Source: Mobula hypostoma (taxonomy: Eukaryota). From it: a stretch of DNA of 64,000 bases. The translations under genes were made by a program, and so were the position numbers. Positions 25,590 through 38,612 of this stretch are shown in pieces; within the stretch, counting starts at the first letter, position 1, and the number at the start of each line of letters is the position of its first letter. The stretch covers positions 62,622,001 through 62,686,000 of the forward strand of contig NC_086097.1 of NCBI RefSeq assembly GCF_963921235.1, in the 5' to 3' direction. The notes beneath the pieces were generated by a model. The model had not been told where the DNA came from and made no database searches. It saw nothing but the letters and a program-made list of their open reading frames with translations.

Positions 25590-27140
25590 TCCTTCAATTA
25601 TTTGTTATTTATATTAACGTCTCCGAAAAAGGGGGACTATGTAAGGTATCTAAGTTTTGTTGATGACATGAGAATTAGTGGAAGCGTTTGTTGCAGTGAG
25701 AATTTTATGATTCTATTGGGATAATGGTAGGTTGAGTGATATGGAGTTTATTAAGTGAAAGTGCGAGGTTGTGCACTTTGTTAAGAGGAATCAAAAGGCA
25801 GACTGTCTTAATGCAACAAGATGCAAATCAGATAACTGCAGAGGGTTCTGGGTATTCTTTTGCATGAATCCCAAAAAAATTGTAAGACCATTGCATCTAA
25901 TAGTTCATGCAACAAAAACAGGTTGTCCTTTATTGTAAATGAATGGTACTGGTGAAATCACCTTCAGTTTTGCCAACCCCACCTATCTGAAGAGTTTAGC
26001 AGTAGTCCAAATGAGAGTCACCTGGGTAATTTCTGGAATGAAATTATTGTCCAGTCAAGAAGGGTTAACAGCTTGTATCCGGAATTTAGAAGACTGAGGA
26101 GTAAGAACTTTGAAGGGGAATAACAGATTTGAGATGTTTTCACTAGTGTGATGGTTGTGAGCAATGGGAGATAGTTGCTTGATAAGTTACCAATCATTTA
26201 AAACTAGAGTACATAAAAATATCTCTTCTCGGAGGATGGCGATTCTTTGGAGCTCTACCACAGAGGCTTAGAGAGCCTGGATTATTAAAATTATTTGAAG
26301 TGGAAGGAGACATACATTTTGAAACATCTATGGGAACTGGCACAGAAGAGGAGATGTAGCATAGTGTAGATCAGCCATGATCATATTGAATGGTGGGACA
26401 GGGTTGAGGGTCTAAAGGACTGCTTCTGCTCAAAATTGTGTTCTAACAATTCCAAGAGATCAGAAACTTTAGAATCAATTGGAAGATATTTAAATAATTT
26501 AAGAAGGTTACAAACAAAAAAATAAACTTTTTATAAACACTTTCATGCAAAACAAATTAATAATGTTTAATTAGGAAAAGGACACATAGCTTTTTAGTGA
26601 ACTTCAGTGACCCTTTTCAAATAAATGGAGTTGTACTAAATACACTGATTGTTGGTTAATTGAGTGGTCTTATTCCAGGAATGAAAGGGTTTGCGCATGA
26701 AGAGCGTTTGATGGCTCTGGGTCTGTACTCACTGGAGTTTAGAAGAATGAGGAGAGATCTCATTGAAACCTATATAATGTTGAAAGGCCTAGATAGAGTG
26801 GATGTGGAGAGGATATCACCTATAGTGGGTGAACCTCCAATAAGAGGACACAGCTTCAGGATGGAGGTATGCCCATTTAGAAGAGAAAGGATTTTATTTA
26901 GCCGTAGGATAGTGAATCTGTGGAATTCATTGCCTCAGACAGCTGTGGAGGCCATGTTTGCATATATTTAAAGTGGAGATTAATACATTGATACATTCTT
27001 GATTAGTCAAGACATCGAAGGTTACAGGTAGACACAGAAGAATGGGATTGAGAAGGATAATAAATCCACCATGATAGAATGGCAGAGCAAACTCAATAGG
27101 CCAAATAGTCCAATTCTGCTCCTATGTTTTATAATCTTAT
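25590..27140 (+). mobile_element. Two CR1 3' remnants (very old at about 25590-26445, younger at about 26660-27140)
   Basis: TCTAAGTTT..TGATGACA (KF.DD) remnant; ORF 26660-26971 LIPGMKGFAHEERLMALGLYSLEFRR. Confidence 0.75.
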
Positions 27141-27787
27141 GTTCTTTACTCATCCCATTAACTTTTTCATTCTCTCATACATCAATCAAACTAACTACAT
27201 ATTTTTATTTTTAACTCACACATTCCAGGTTTTTCCTTTTCCTCAGAGCTTATCACATGCCTTTTTAATAAACCGAAGATTGTTGTTATTTTTCATCTAG
27301 ATTGTTTCATTAATTTTATCAAACTGGGATGTCTTATTCAGGCAAAAGCTATATTTAATGACTTTGGTCATTGTCTTAATTCAGTCTCATGTACATTTGG
27401 TTTGTATGTAATTTTTATTACCTTGACCATGCTCTTGAAATGATATTAGTTTGTAATCAAGATTTTCCTCTGTGCCCAAATGGCTTCTGTGTATTTAAGT
27501 TTTTCTCTGTATCCCACTGCTTGTAAAAATTTAAGTTATTTCTCACCCCTACACTTCTACCAGGCAGTGTATTGAAACCACAATAAGTCAATTCTCTCAG
27601 ACAATTTGGAATTGAGGAAGCTTTAACGTCCTCTTAAGTTCAGGCATTGAAAATTTCCACTTTGCCTAGGACTCTTCTGAGTCCTTAAATCTTTGCAACC
27701 ATCCTTTCTGACTATTGCTAGATTCTGATGTTTTTTATCTAAGGTTTTTTGAAAGTCAAGAAAGTCGTAAAACTTGTCACTTTATGA

Positions 27788-27975
27788 AGAAGAGAAAATC
27801 TGCAGATGCTAGAAATCCAAGCAACACACACAAAATGCTGGAGGAACTCAGCAGGTCAGGCAGCATCTGTAAACAGTCGATGTTTCGGGCCGAGACCAGG
27901 GTCCAAGACATCGACTGTACTCTTTCCTTAGATGCCTCCTGGCCTGCTGAGTTCCTGCAGCATTTTATGTGTGTT
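27788..27975. mobile_element. Hairpin insertion of inverted Penelope termini (second subfamily)
   Basis: Arms ACACACAAAATGCTGGAGGAACTCAGCAGG / CCTGCTGAGTTCCTGCAGCATTTTATGTGT; 16-bp TSD ACTTGTCACTT(T/C)ATGA. Confidence 0.8.
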
Positions 27976-29070
27976 ACTTGTCACTTCATGATCATTTTAT
28001 TAAGTACCAATAGAATAAAGAGAATTGACAATAGGGAAGTCTAAGAACAAAGATTTAAAATGGGGAGCCTATGTTCTCTGTCCTTCTTAGACCCCATAGA
28101 TAGGAGACATTCCATTAAAATATGTAGATAAGAGTTAACCAAACAGATAACCTCTATTCAAATAACATGACACCAGCTTCTATAATCATTCTAAGAAATG
28201 TAAGCTCTAAGGGACACACTGAACAACTACATGTATATAGGAAATTATATAAAATAAAAGCATGCATAAAAGATAAGCCGCAAAGAAAATATCGGTTATA
28301 CAATCTGATCTAACAGGACCCAACTTCAAGGACTCTACAACTCATGCTCTCAGTTTTAATTAAATGGCTCATTATTATTTTTATTATTAGTTTTTTTGTA
28401 TTTGCAGTGTGTCTTCTATCACGCATTTGTTGACTGTTAGTCTTTGTGTGGAGTTTTTCATAGATTCTTTTGCATTTCATTGTTCTGCTGTGAATTGCTG
28501 CAAAAAGAAGAATTTCAGTTTAGTACAGTATATAGTGCCATATACGTACTTTGCCAATAAACACATTTTGACTTTTCAAGAAGAGAAATGATAATAATCC
28601 TGAAAACAATAGATTAGTGAGTTTCACCTCAATGGTAGGGAAGTTACTGGAAAGGATTCTCAGAGACTGGATTTGAGCAATTGCCAAACCATGCCTAATT
28701 AGAACAGGCAGGATGGCTTTGTACAGCGCATGATTTGTCTTACCAACTTGCTTGAGTTTTGAAGAGGTGACAAAGGTGATTGAAGGTCAAACTGTTATAT
28801 TGTTTACATGGATTTTAGTGAGACACTTGGCGAAGTCACTCATGGGAGGTTCATCCAGAAGATTAAAATGCATGGGATCCACTGTGAATCAGTCATTTGG
28901 ATTCACAATTAGCTTGCCCATGGAAGACAAGGGTAGCGGTTGATTGGACTTTTATGGACTTTGGATGCCCTTATGGATTGGAAAATAAGGGCATCCAAGA
29001 TGTTCTTAGATAGATACATGAATGTGTGTGGAATAGAGAAGTATGTATTTTGTCTAGGCAGATGAGATTA

Positions 29071-29711
29071 TCAACACACATCAAAGTTGCTGGTGAACGC
29101 AGCAGGCCAGGCAGCATCTCTAGGAAGAGGTACAGTCGATGTTTCGGGCTGAGACCCTTCGTCAGGACTAACTGAAGGAAGAGCTAGTAAGAGATTTGAA
29201 AGTGGGAGGGGGAGGGGGAGATCCAAAATGATAGGAGAAGACAGGAGGGGGAGGGATGGAGCCAAGAGCTGGACAGGTGATTGGCAAAAGGGATATGAGA
29301 GGATCATGGGATGGGAGGCCCAGGGAGAAAGAAAAGGGGAAGGGGGGAAAAACCCAGAGGATGGGCAAGGGGTAGAGTGAGGGGGACAGAAGGAGAAAAA
29401 GGAGAGAGAGAAAAAGAATGTGTGTATATAAATAAATAATGGATGGGGTATGAGAAGGAGGTGGGGCATTAGCAAAAGTTTGAGAAGTTAATATTCATGC
29501 CATCAGTTTGGAGGCTTCCCAGACGGAATATAAAGTGTTGTTCCTCCAACCTGGGTGTGGCTTTATCTTTACAGTAGAGGAGGCCCTGGATAGACATATC
29601 AGAATGGGAATGGGACGTGGAATTAAAATGTGTGGCCACTGAGAGATCCTGCTTTCTCTGGCGGACACAGCGTAGGTGTTCCAGTATCTGCAGATTTCCT
29701 CGTGTTTGCGC
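29071..29711 (-). mobile_element. 5'-truncated Penelope-like element with an inverted terminal piece
   Basis: Reverse complement of about 33410-33990 (GIY-YIG C-terminus, pyrimidine tract, terminus). 29678-29711 is the distal terminus in opposite orientation. Degenerate TSD AGATGAGAT.A.CA. Confidence 0.85.
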
Positions 29712-30821
29712 TTTTTAGATGAGATGAGCACTTGATTACTAATTTACTTAGTTCAACACAACACTGTGGGCCAAAGAGCTTGTTCCTGTCAGGGTACTGT
29801 TCTGTGTAAAAGCGAGTGACAAAAGGGCTTTTGTTTTGCACTTTGCAAAGTCAGATTCTGCCCCCTAGAGTTTTTCTAGTGATTTCAAATGTTTCTGCCT
29901 TTTGGTTCAACTGTGAATCCTCGGAGCTTATTTGTCTGTAAGGGGCTAAACAGTAGCAGTTTCTCACCCAATTACTGCTACAATATCATCACTTTCATTC
30001 CACCCACTAAAGAAAACATCCAACATTCTAGATGCAGACACTGAGTACCTACGCTGTGTGGTCTTATATAATACAAATAATCACAGTCCTTGCTTAAAGG
30101 TTATTCTGCTTACACTGACATTCCCTCATGTTCATTATGTATTCCATTTTTCTTTCAAAAGCCCAATTCCCAGTTATGTGCCGACAGGCTGCATTAACTT
30201 TTTTCTGAAAGCTGCGTTTCTCATCCTAACATTATCAGATCAGATTTTTTCTTCTTTCAACAACTTACCTTCTAGATATGTATGTACAAACCTTATTTTT
30301 TTCATCCAGAAATCTCATTCTCTAGTTTCTGCTGACTGGCAGATCTGATTTTTCACTTTCAGAAAGCTTATTTGTAGCTGTTGACTGGCATTACACACTC
30401 ACACTTCACATTTTCTCTTGATAGACTTCAACCCCCAGTTACTTGCTGATTGATAGATAAGTTTCCTCTGAACTTTCTTCATCATGACAAACATACATCT
30501 ATTCACCACCAGCCAGAACAAAGTTCACTGTGCCAGCTATGGTGTAAGTAAAAAATATTATTAAACTTCATGTTTATAACATTTCCGTGTTGAGAAACAA
30601 CAGGAAGACCTTATACAGGTTATTTTTCTAGTCTTATATTGCAACCAAAACAATAGCATTCTGGTTTGTCCAGAGAATTTTAAGCCATCAGACTTAAAAT
30701 TTACCATAAAATGTAATAAAATTTCTATTTTAAACTCATTTTAACAAATCTTTTAATATTGAGTAACACCAATAATCAGAAAATCACAAACAATTATCAG
30801 TGATGTTGCCACTGGTTATAA

Positions 30822-31152
30822 TAGAAACATAGAAAATAGGTGCAGGAGTAGGCCATTCGGCCCTTCAAGCCTGCACCGCCATTTATTATGATCATGGCTG
30901 ATCATCCAACTCAGAATCCCGCCCCAGTCTTCCCTCCATACCCCCTGACCCCCGTAGCCACAAGGGCCATATCTAACTCCCTCTTAAATATAGCCAATGA
31001 ACTGGCCTCAACAGTTTGAATTCCACAGATTCACCACTCTCTGTGTGAAGAAGTTTTTCCTAATCTCGGTCCTAAAAGGCTTCCCCTCTATCCTCAAACT
31101 GTGGCCCCTCGTTCTGGACTTCTCCAACATCAGGAACAATCTTCCTGCATCT
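30822..31152 (-). mobile_element. Short 3' end of the young CR1 family
   Basis: Near-identical to 2401-2743, apart from a small internal deletion and a 6-nt segment absent from that copy. Confidence 0.9.
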
Positions 31153-31371
31153 AGGAATATTCACAAGTTCTACACCATTTCCGTTGTTCATCTGGTTTTG
31201 AAGTATAATGAATAATAATTGAGGAAAAATGCAAAACATTTCCATACAAGGGAAGTGAAATTCTGATTAGTGAATTAATTCTCATGCTTTCACACTTTTC
31301 CTAAAAGTTTAACACTAATGTTGTAGTCATCTTGGAATTCTGGACCAGAACCCAATTATACCTGGTAAGAC

Positions 31372-31574
31372 ACACAAAATGCTGGAAAAACTCAGCAAGT
31401 TAGGCAACACCTATGGAGGGGAATAAGTAATTAACATTTGGGGCTGAGATTCTGGTCTTGGCACAAAACATCTACTGTTTATTCCCCTCCCTAGATGATG
31501 CGTAACTTGCTGAGTTCTTCCAGCATTTTGTGTGTGTTGCTCAAGATTTCCAGCATCTGCAGAACCTTTTTTGT
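31372..31574. mobile_element. Older hairpin insertion of inverted Penelope termini
   Basis: ACACACAAAATGCTGGAAAAACTCAGCAAGTTA / TAACTTGCTGAGTTCTTCCAGCATTTTGTGTGT arms; degenerate 16-bp TSD at 31356-31371 and 31575-31590. Confidence 0.75.
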
Positions 31575-31936
31575 TTATGCCTGTTAATACTGTTGCAGCT
31601 GGAGTACTGAACCTGTCATTTCCCTCTGTACCTTAACTTTATATTGAATAAATTGCATGGCCCAATCTTTGAGATTCTTTGGTATATTGTTGATGGAATC
31701 ACAACTCAGAACATGGACTAATACAGGATCATAAACCCCCTTGATATAAATTGGATTTGGCCTGTGGATTGAAGGCAAAGTAGAACTGAGCTACATTTTA
31801 AAGTTATTTTCCTCTAGCTTAATCCTTTAACTTACATGTACTTTACTGTGGGTGCTTAGTTGATACATTAATTTTAAATTGTTTTGAATCATTTTGTAAT
31901 GTAAATTATTTTTCTCATTTATTTTTGTTCTGAATA

Positions 31937-32755
31937 CAGGTCCACAATCCCTTATCCGAAATCCTTGGGGCCAGTTGCATTTCGGAATTCAGACCACACC
32001 CCCCCCCCCCGGCATACCAAAAAACACGTATGCTCAAGTCACTTATTTAACCTGGCTCAGTGTGGTGGACTTTAGGACCCGGCGGTGCACCAAACCTGCG
32101 CACATCCTCCCATATACTTTAAATCATCTCTAGATTCCTTATAATACCTAATACAATGTAAATGCTATGTAGATAGTTGTTATACTGTATTGTTTAGGGA
32201 ATCATGACAAGAAAAAAAATTATTTCCAACAAAAACGTTCAATAAAACATTAAAATATACAGCTTCAAACGAACCAAATCAAACATATGGTAAATGACTT
32301 ATTGGAATAAATGTAGAACGTCACTGTCACTATAAAACTTCAGTAACTTGTCTTTCTGTCTATTTAAATCATATACAGTGGTAGTTTTGACACGATTTTC
32401 TTCAGTAAGACGCCGCGCAGACACACTACGATCAAGCTTCTGCAATAACTCCACTTTCTGCATTATTGATAGAGAAGATTCCTTCTCTTTTTCTCATTGT
32501 TACCCATGGGGGTATCTGCAGTTCCTTTTGACATTTTCACAGTGAAATTAAACACAAAGTCAACAGTGAACACAAAATATCAGCGAACAGCAAATGCACG
32601 TGTAACCAGTACGAGCGCTGAGCCACAACTGACATCTGGCGGCCTCTGCTAGTGCTGCCACATCACACCTGAGTGACGTCAGCTGTTGGCGAAGAAAACT
32701 TTGGTTTTCAGAGCTTTTTGGATTTCAGAATTTCGGATAAAGGAATGTGCACCTG
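31937..32755 (-). mobile_element. Non-autonomous pogo/Tigger (Tigger4/Zombi-like) DNA transposon
   Basis: TA on both sides; TIRs CAGGTCCACAATCCCTTATCCGAAAT / ATTTCGGATAAAGGAATGTGCACCTG. Minus strand 32534 to about 32315 encodes a frameshifted psq-HTH (MSKGTADTPMGNNEKKR...QKVELLQKLD...TTVYDLNRQKDKLLKFY). Confidence 0.85.
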
Positions 32756-32818
32756 TATCAGGAACATCTAACCTTCAGAATCCATAGTTTTAAAGTTGGC
32801 AGAACCGGGTGAATTGGG

Positions 32819-33614
32819 TCTCCACCGCATCTGCTCTCAGGATGAGGCTTTTCATTCCAGGATGAGGGAAATGTCCTCCTTTTTTAAAGAAAGGGGCTTC
32901 ACTTCCTACACCATCAACTCTGCTCTCAAACGCATCTCCCCCATTTCACGCACATCTGCTCTCACCCCATTCTCCCATCACCCCACTAGGAATAGGATTC
33001 CCCTGGTCCTCACCTACCACCCCACCAGCCTCCGGGTACAACATATAATTCTCCGTAACTTCCGCCACCTCCAATGGGATCCCACCACGAAGCACATCTT
33101 TCCCTTCTCCCCTCTCTCTGCTTTCCACAGGGATCGCTCCCTACGCGACTCCCTTGTCCATTCGTCCCCCCCATCCCTCCCCACTGATCTCCCTCCTGGC
33201 ACTTATCCTTGTAAGCAGAACAAGTGCTACACCTGCCCTTACACTTCCTCCCTTACCACCATTCAGGGCCCCAGACAGTCCTTCCAGGTGAGGGGACACT
33301 TCACCTGTGAGTCGGCTGGGGCGATGTACTGCGTCCGGTGCTCCCGGTGTGCCCTTCTATACATTGGTGAGACACAACGCAGACTGGGAGATCATTTCAC
33401 TGAACACCTACGCTCTGTCCGCCAGAGAAAGCAGGATCTCCCAGTGGCCACACATTTTAATTCCACGTCACATTCCCATTCTGATATGTCTATCCACGGC
33501 CTCCTCTACTGTAAAGATAAAGCCACACTCAGGTTGGAGGAACAACACCTTATATTCCGTCTGGGTAGCCTCCAACCTGATAGCATGAACATTGACTTCT
33601 CAAACTTCCGCTAA
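32819..33614 (+). pseudogene. Penelope-like ORF remnant (RT thumb/linker + GIY-YIG), open but 5'-truncated
   Basis: ORF track 32796-33614; the first residues come from flanking DNA. Confidence 0.85.
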
Positions 33615-33997
33615 TGCCCCACCTCCCCCTCGTACCCCATCCATTATTTATTTATATACACACACATTCTTTTTCCCTCTCTCCTTTTTCTCCCTCTGTC
33701 CCCCTCACTCTACCCCTTGCCCATCCTCTGGGTTCCCCCCCCCTTTTCATTCTCCTGTCCCATGATCCTCTCATATCCCTTTTGCCAATCAACTGTCCAG
33801 CTCTTGGCTCCATCCCTCCCCCTCCTGCCTTCTCCTATCATTTTGGATCTCCCCCTCCTCCTCCCACTTTCAAATCTCTTACTAGCTCTTCCTTCAGTTA
33901 CGAAGGGTCTCGGCCCAAAACGTCGACTGTACCTCTTCCTAGGGATGCTGCCTGGCCTGCTGCATTCACCAGCAACTTTGATATGTGTTGCTTGAAT
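32819..33997 (+). mobile_element. 5'-truncated Penelope-like element (GIY-YIG endonuclease C-terminal region, 3' UTR, terminus)
   Basis: CKQNKCYTCP linker, AMYC.RC..C..LYIGET.R.L..HF.EH, PVATHF, RLEEQ.LIF.L.SL.P..MN. TGAATTGGG is repeated at 32810-32818 and 33993-34001. Confidence 0.9.
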
Positions 33998-35038
33998 TGG
34001 GGGTAAATTTATGCCAACGGTCTCGGCTGTCAATAATTCTGTGTTTCTTCAGTGCTTCACCAAGAACTCTAAAATGGATCACCTTCTTCTGTCTCCCGGT
34101 CAGGCAAGTTTAAACAAATTCATTTTTAAATCAAAGCAAGGTGAACTAAGGCAAAATGAGCAATTCAACAACTTGGAAGTAATTTATGTAATTCCTGTTA
34201 AACTTTTGATTTGCATTTGTTGAACTGGAAAGAACTTCATCTTGCATTTGCAATCATTCCCATTTGCAAACTCCTCAGGAAACGTAACTTGCTTCCCTGG
34301 TGCAAACCTGCCTCAGATAGATGACTGTATCTCTACATTGCAATATCACCTACTCATTCTCTATTGTGTCTTAAGTAGGACGGATTTAGTGATAACACCA
34401 GTGTCAGTCAGTGCTCTGTAAGCAATGAGCAATGAACCTAGTTTGCCCTTGGTTCTTGCACATTGCCGACTTGTTGCGACAAGGGCTGATTTAATCCTTG
34501 GGATATTTGTGAGGCTGATAAAGTGTCAGGATTGAAAGACATAGGTGAAAAATATTGAACCTTCTGCACAAGAGGCTGCTGGCCCTGTAACCTTGCATGC
34601 ATTATCATGCAAAAGCTGTCACTCTGTGATTGAAGTGATGGGATGTTTCAAGAAAAGGCCACATTACTGTTGGTTCGAATAATGGATGACTCTGAGATAT
34701 AATGTAAGGAATAAAGCATAATCAAAATACTTGGGAGGCTGAAAACAGATGCAGGGTTACAATGAAGCCTGCTTGTTTTTCATATTTCAGTAGAACCTTA
34801 ACCATGGTGTGCAGCTATATAACCAGAGTGTCTACTTAGCAAACTTTATGTATGACCAGCAGGCTCTTGAAAAGGGGGGGGATGGGTCACTTTGGCTGCA
34901 GCCACTGGTGGCAGTTTCTGGCTCAATCCAACATCAAAAGATACACGGGAGGATGCACAATTTGCCCACACTCTACTAGAGGCCTTAATGGAAGATGCAT
35001 GGTGCACCCACAAAACTATATCACACACACGGCACATA

Positions 35039-37727
35039 AATAGAAAGGAAGGACATTAGCCGGGAAGATGTGGAATCAATATGGGTAGAGCTGCATAACA
35101 CTAAGGGGCAGAAAACGCTGGTGGGAGTTGTGTACAGGCCACCTAACGGTAGTAGTGAAGTTGGGGATGGTATTAAACAGGAAATTAGAAATGTGTGCAA
35201 TAAAGGAACAGCAGTTATAATGGGTGACTTCAATCTACATGTAGATTGGGTGAACCAAATTGGTAAAGGTGCTGAGGAAGAGGATTTCTTGGAATGTATG
35301 CGGGATGGTTTTTTGAACCAACATGTCGAGGAACCAACTAGAGAGCAGGCTATTCTAGACTGGGTTTTGAGCAATAAGGAAGGGTTAATTAGCAATCTTG
35401 TCATGAGAGGCCCCTTGGGTAAGAGTGACCATAATATGGTGGAATTCTTCATTAAGATGGAGAGTGACATAGTTAATTCAGAAACAAAAGTTCTGAACTT
35501 AAAGAGGGGTAACGTTGAAGGTATGAGACGTGAATTAGCTAAGATAGACTGGCAAATGACACTTAAAGGATTGACGGTGGATATACAATGGCAAGCATTT
35601 AAAGATTGCATGGATGAACTACAACAATTGTTCATCCCAGTTTGGCAAAAGAATAAATCAAGGAAGGTAGTGCACCCGTGGCTGACAAGAGAAATTAGGG
35701 ATAGTATCAATTCCAAAGAAGAAGCATACAAATTAGCCAGAAAAAGTGGCTCACCTGAGGACTGGGAGAAATTCAGAGTTCAGCAGAGGAGGACAAAGGG
35801 CTTAATTAGGAAGGGGAAAAAAGATTATGAGAGAAAACTGGCAGGGAACATAAAAACTGACTGTAAAAGCTTTTATAGATATGTAAAAAGGAAAAGACTG
35901 GGAAAGACAAATGTAGGTCCCCTACAGACAGAAACAAGTGAATTGATTATGGGGAGCAAGGACATGGCAGACCAATTGAATAATTACTTTGGTTCTGTCT
36001 TCACTAAGGAGGACATAAATAATCTTCTGGAAATAGTAGGGGACAGAGGGTCCAGTGAGATGGAGGAACTGAGCGAAATACATGTTAGTAGGGAAGTGGT
36101 GTTAGGTAAATTGAAGGGATTAAAGGCAGATAAATCCCCAGGGCCAGATGGTCTGCATCCCAGAGTGCTTAAGGAAGTAGCCCAAGAAATAGTGGATGCA
36201 TTAGTGATGAATTTTCAAAACTCGTTAGATTCTGGACTAGTTCCTGAGGATTGGAGGGTGGCTAATGTAACCCCACTTTTTAAAAAAGGAGGGAGAGAGA
36301 AACCGGGGAATTATAGACCGGTTAGCCTAACGTCGGTGGTGGGGAAACTGCTGGAGTCAGTTATCAAAGATGTGATAACAGCACATTTGGAAAGCTGTGA
36401 AATCATCGGACAAAGTCAGCATGGATTTGTGAAAGGAAAATCATGTCTGACGAATCTCATAGAATTTTTTGAGGATGTAACTAGTAGAGTGGATAGGGGA
36501 GAACCAGTGGATGTGGTATATTTGGATTTTCAAAAGGCTTTTGACAAGGTCCCACACAGGAGATTAGTGTGCAAACTTAAAGCACACGGTATTGGGGGTA
36601 AGGTATTGATGTGGATAGAGAATTGGTTAGCAGACAGGAAGCAAAGAGTGGGAATAAACGGGACATTTTCAGAATGGCAGGCAGTGACTAGTGGGGTACC
36701 GCAAGGCTCAGTGCTGGGACCCCAGTTGTTTACAATATATATTAATGACTTGGATGAGGGAATTAAATGCAGCATCTCCAAGTTTGCGGATGACACGAAG
36801 CTGGGTGGCAGTGTTAGCTGTGAGGAGGATGCTAAGAGGATGCAGGGTGACTTGGATAGGTTAGGTGAGTGGGCAAATTCATGGCAGATGCAATTTAATG
36901 TGGATAAATGTGAAGTTATCTACTTTGGTGGCAAAAACAGGAAAACAGATTATTATCTGAATGGTGGCCGATTAGGAAAAGGGGAGGTGCAACAAGACCT
37001 GGGTGTCATTATACACCAGTCATTGAAAGTGAGCATGCAGGTACAGCAGGCGGTGAAAAAGGCGAATGGTATGCTGGCATTTATAGTGAGAGGATTCGAG
37101 TACAGGAGCAGGGAGGTACTACTGCAGTTGTACAAGGCCTTGGTGAGACCACACCTGGAGTATTGTGTGCAGTTTTGGTCCCCTAATCTGAGGAAAGACA
37201 TCCTTGCCATAGAGGGAGTACAAAGAAGGTTCACCAGATTGATTCCTGGGATGGCAGGACTTTCATATGAAGAAAGACTGGATGAACTAGGCTTGTACTC
37301 GTTGGAATTTAGAAGACTGAGGGGGGATCTGATTGAAACGTATAAAATCCTAAAGGGATTGGACAGGCTAGATGCAGGAAGATTGTTCCCGATGTTGGGG
37401 AAGTCCAGAACAAGGGGCCACAGTTTGAGGATAAAGGCGAAGCCTTTTAGGACTGAGATTAGGAAAAACTTCTTCACACAGAGAGTGGTGAATCTGTGGA
37501 ATTCTCTGCCACAGGAAACAGTTGAGGCCAGTTCATTGGCTATATTTAAGAGGGAGTTAGATATGGCCCTTGTGGCTAAAGGGATCGGGGGTATGGAGAG
37601 AAGGCAGGTACAGGGTTCTGAGTTGGATGATCAGCCATGATCATACTGAATGGCGGTGCAGGCTCGAAGGGCCGAATGGCCTACTCCTGCACCTATTTTC
37701 TATGTTTCTATGTTTTCTATGTTTCTA
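35039..37727 (+). mobile_element. 5'-truncated young CR1 (mid-APE to tail), ORF2 open except for a terminal frameshift
   Basis: 856-aa ORF near-identical to 2496-5495; (TTTCTATG)n tail at about 37697-37727. Confidence 0.95.
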
Positions 37728-37729
37728 AA

Positions 37730-38612
37730 ACAAACTATTATCACAAATAAATTAATAAAATATAATATAATTAAAATTGCATGTAGTGCACCGCATAGGT
37801 AAACAGTGAACAGTAAACAATAAATACTAAACTGTAAACAGCTTGATGTCCTAGTGACGTGACTTCAGCGGTGATAGGGTATTCATTAGTCTCACAGCCT
37901 GAGTGAAGAAGCTGTTATCCAGTCTGGCAATCCTAGTCCAAATACTCCTGTATTTCTTTTTTGATGGTAGTGGGTCAAAGAGATTGTGGAATGGGAGGTA
38001 GAGATCCTCAATGATGCTTCAGGCTCTTTGTCTGCAGCGTTCCTGGTAAATGTCACAATTAGTGGGAGAGGGAGATCTTCTTGCTTTGCTTTGCCTATCC
38101 TTTGTAGGGTCTTGCAGTCTGATGCTTTACAGTTTCAGTACCACACAATGATGCAGCCAGGCAGGACACGCTCAATGGTGCTCCTGAAGAAAGTTATTAG
38201 AATGGGGGAGGGAGCCTTGCACACCTCAGTCTCCTCTGAAAGTACAGGCACTGCTTTGCCTTCTTGACATGTGAGGAAGTGTTATGGGTCCAGGTAGGAT
38301 CACTCATTATGTGCACACCAAGGGACTCTGTGCTCTTCACTCTCTCCATGGCAGATCCTTTGATGTGCAGTGGAGAGTAGTTGACCTGCAACTTCCTGAA
38401 GCTCACAATCACCTCTTCTGCCTTGTCCACGTTGAGACTCAGTTTGTTTTATCTCACACTATTTGACAAACTTCTCTACCTGCTCCCTGTATGCTGACTC
38501 AGCTTTGTTGCTGATGAGGCCAGCCATTGCCGTATCATCAGTGAACTTGATGATGCAGTTTGAGCAGAATCTGGCAGCGCAGTTGTGAGTCTGCTTGAGT
38601 TTGCTCCCTGTG
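37730..38612 (-). mobile_element. Degraded Rex1/Babar-like LINE fragment (probable host of the CR1 insertion)
   Basis: IIKFTDDTAMAGLISN..ESAYREQV and LGVHIMSDPTWTHN...KKAKQCLYF remnants. Confidence 0.75.

Noticed and set aside
33895..33930. Hammerhead in the 32819-33997 Penelope copy
   Set aside because: A short deletion removes stem I and the start of the CUGA core (CAGTTA-CGAAGG), so this copy cannot form the motif.
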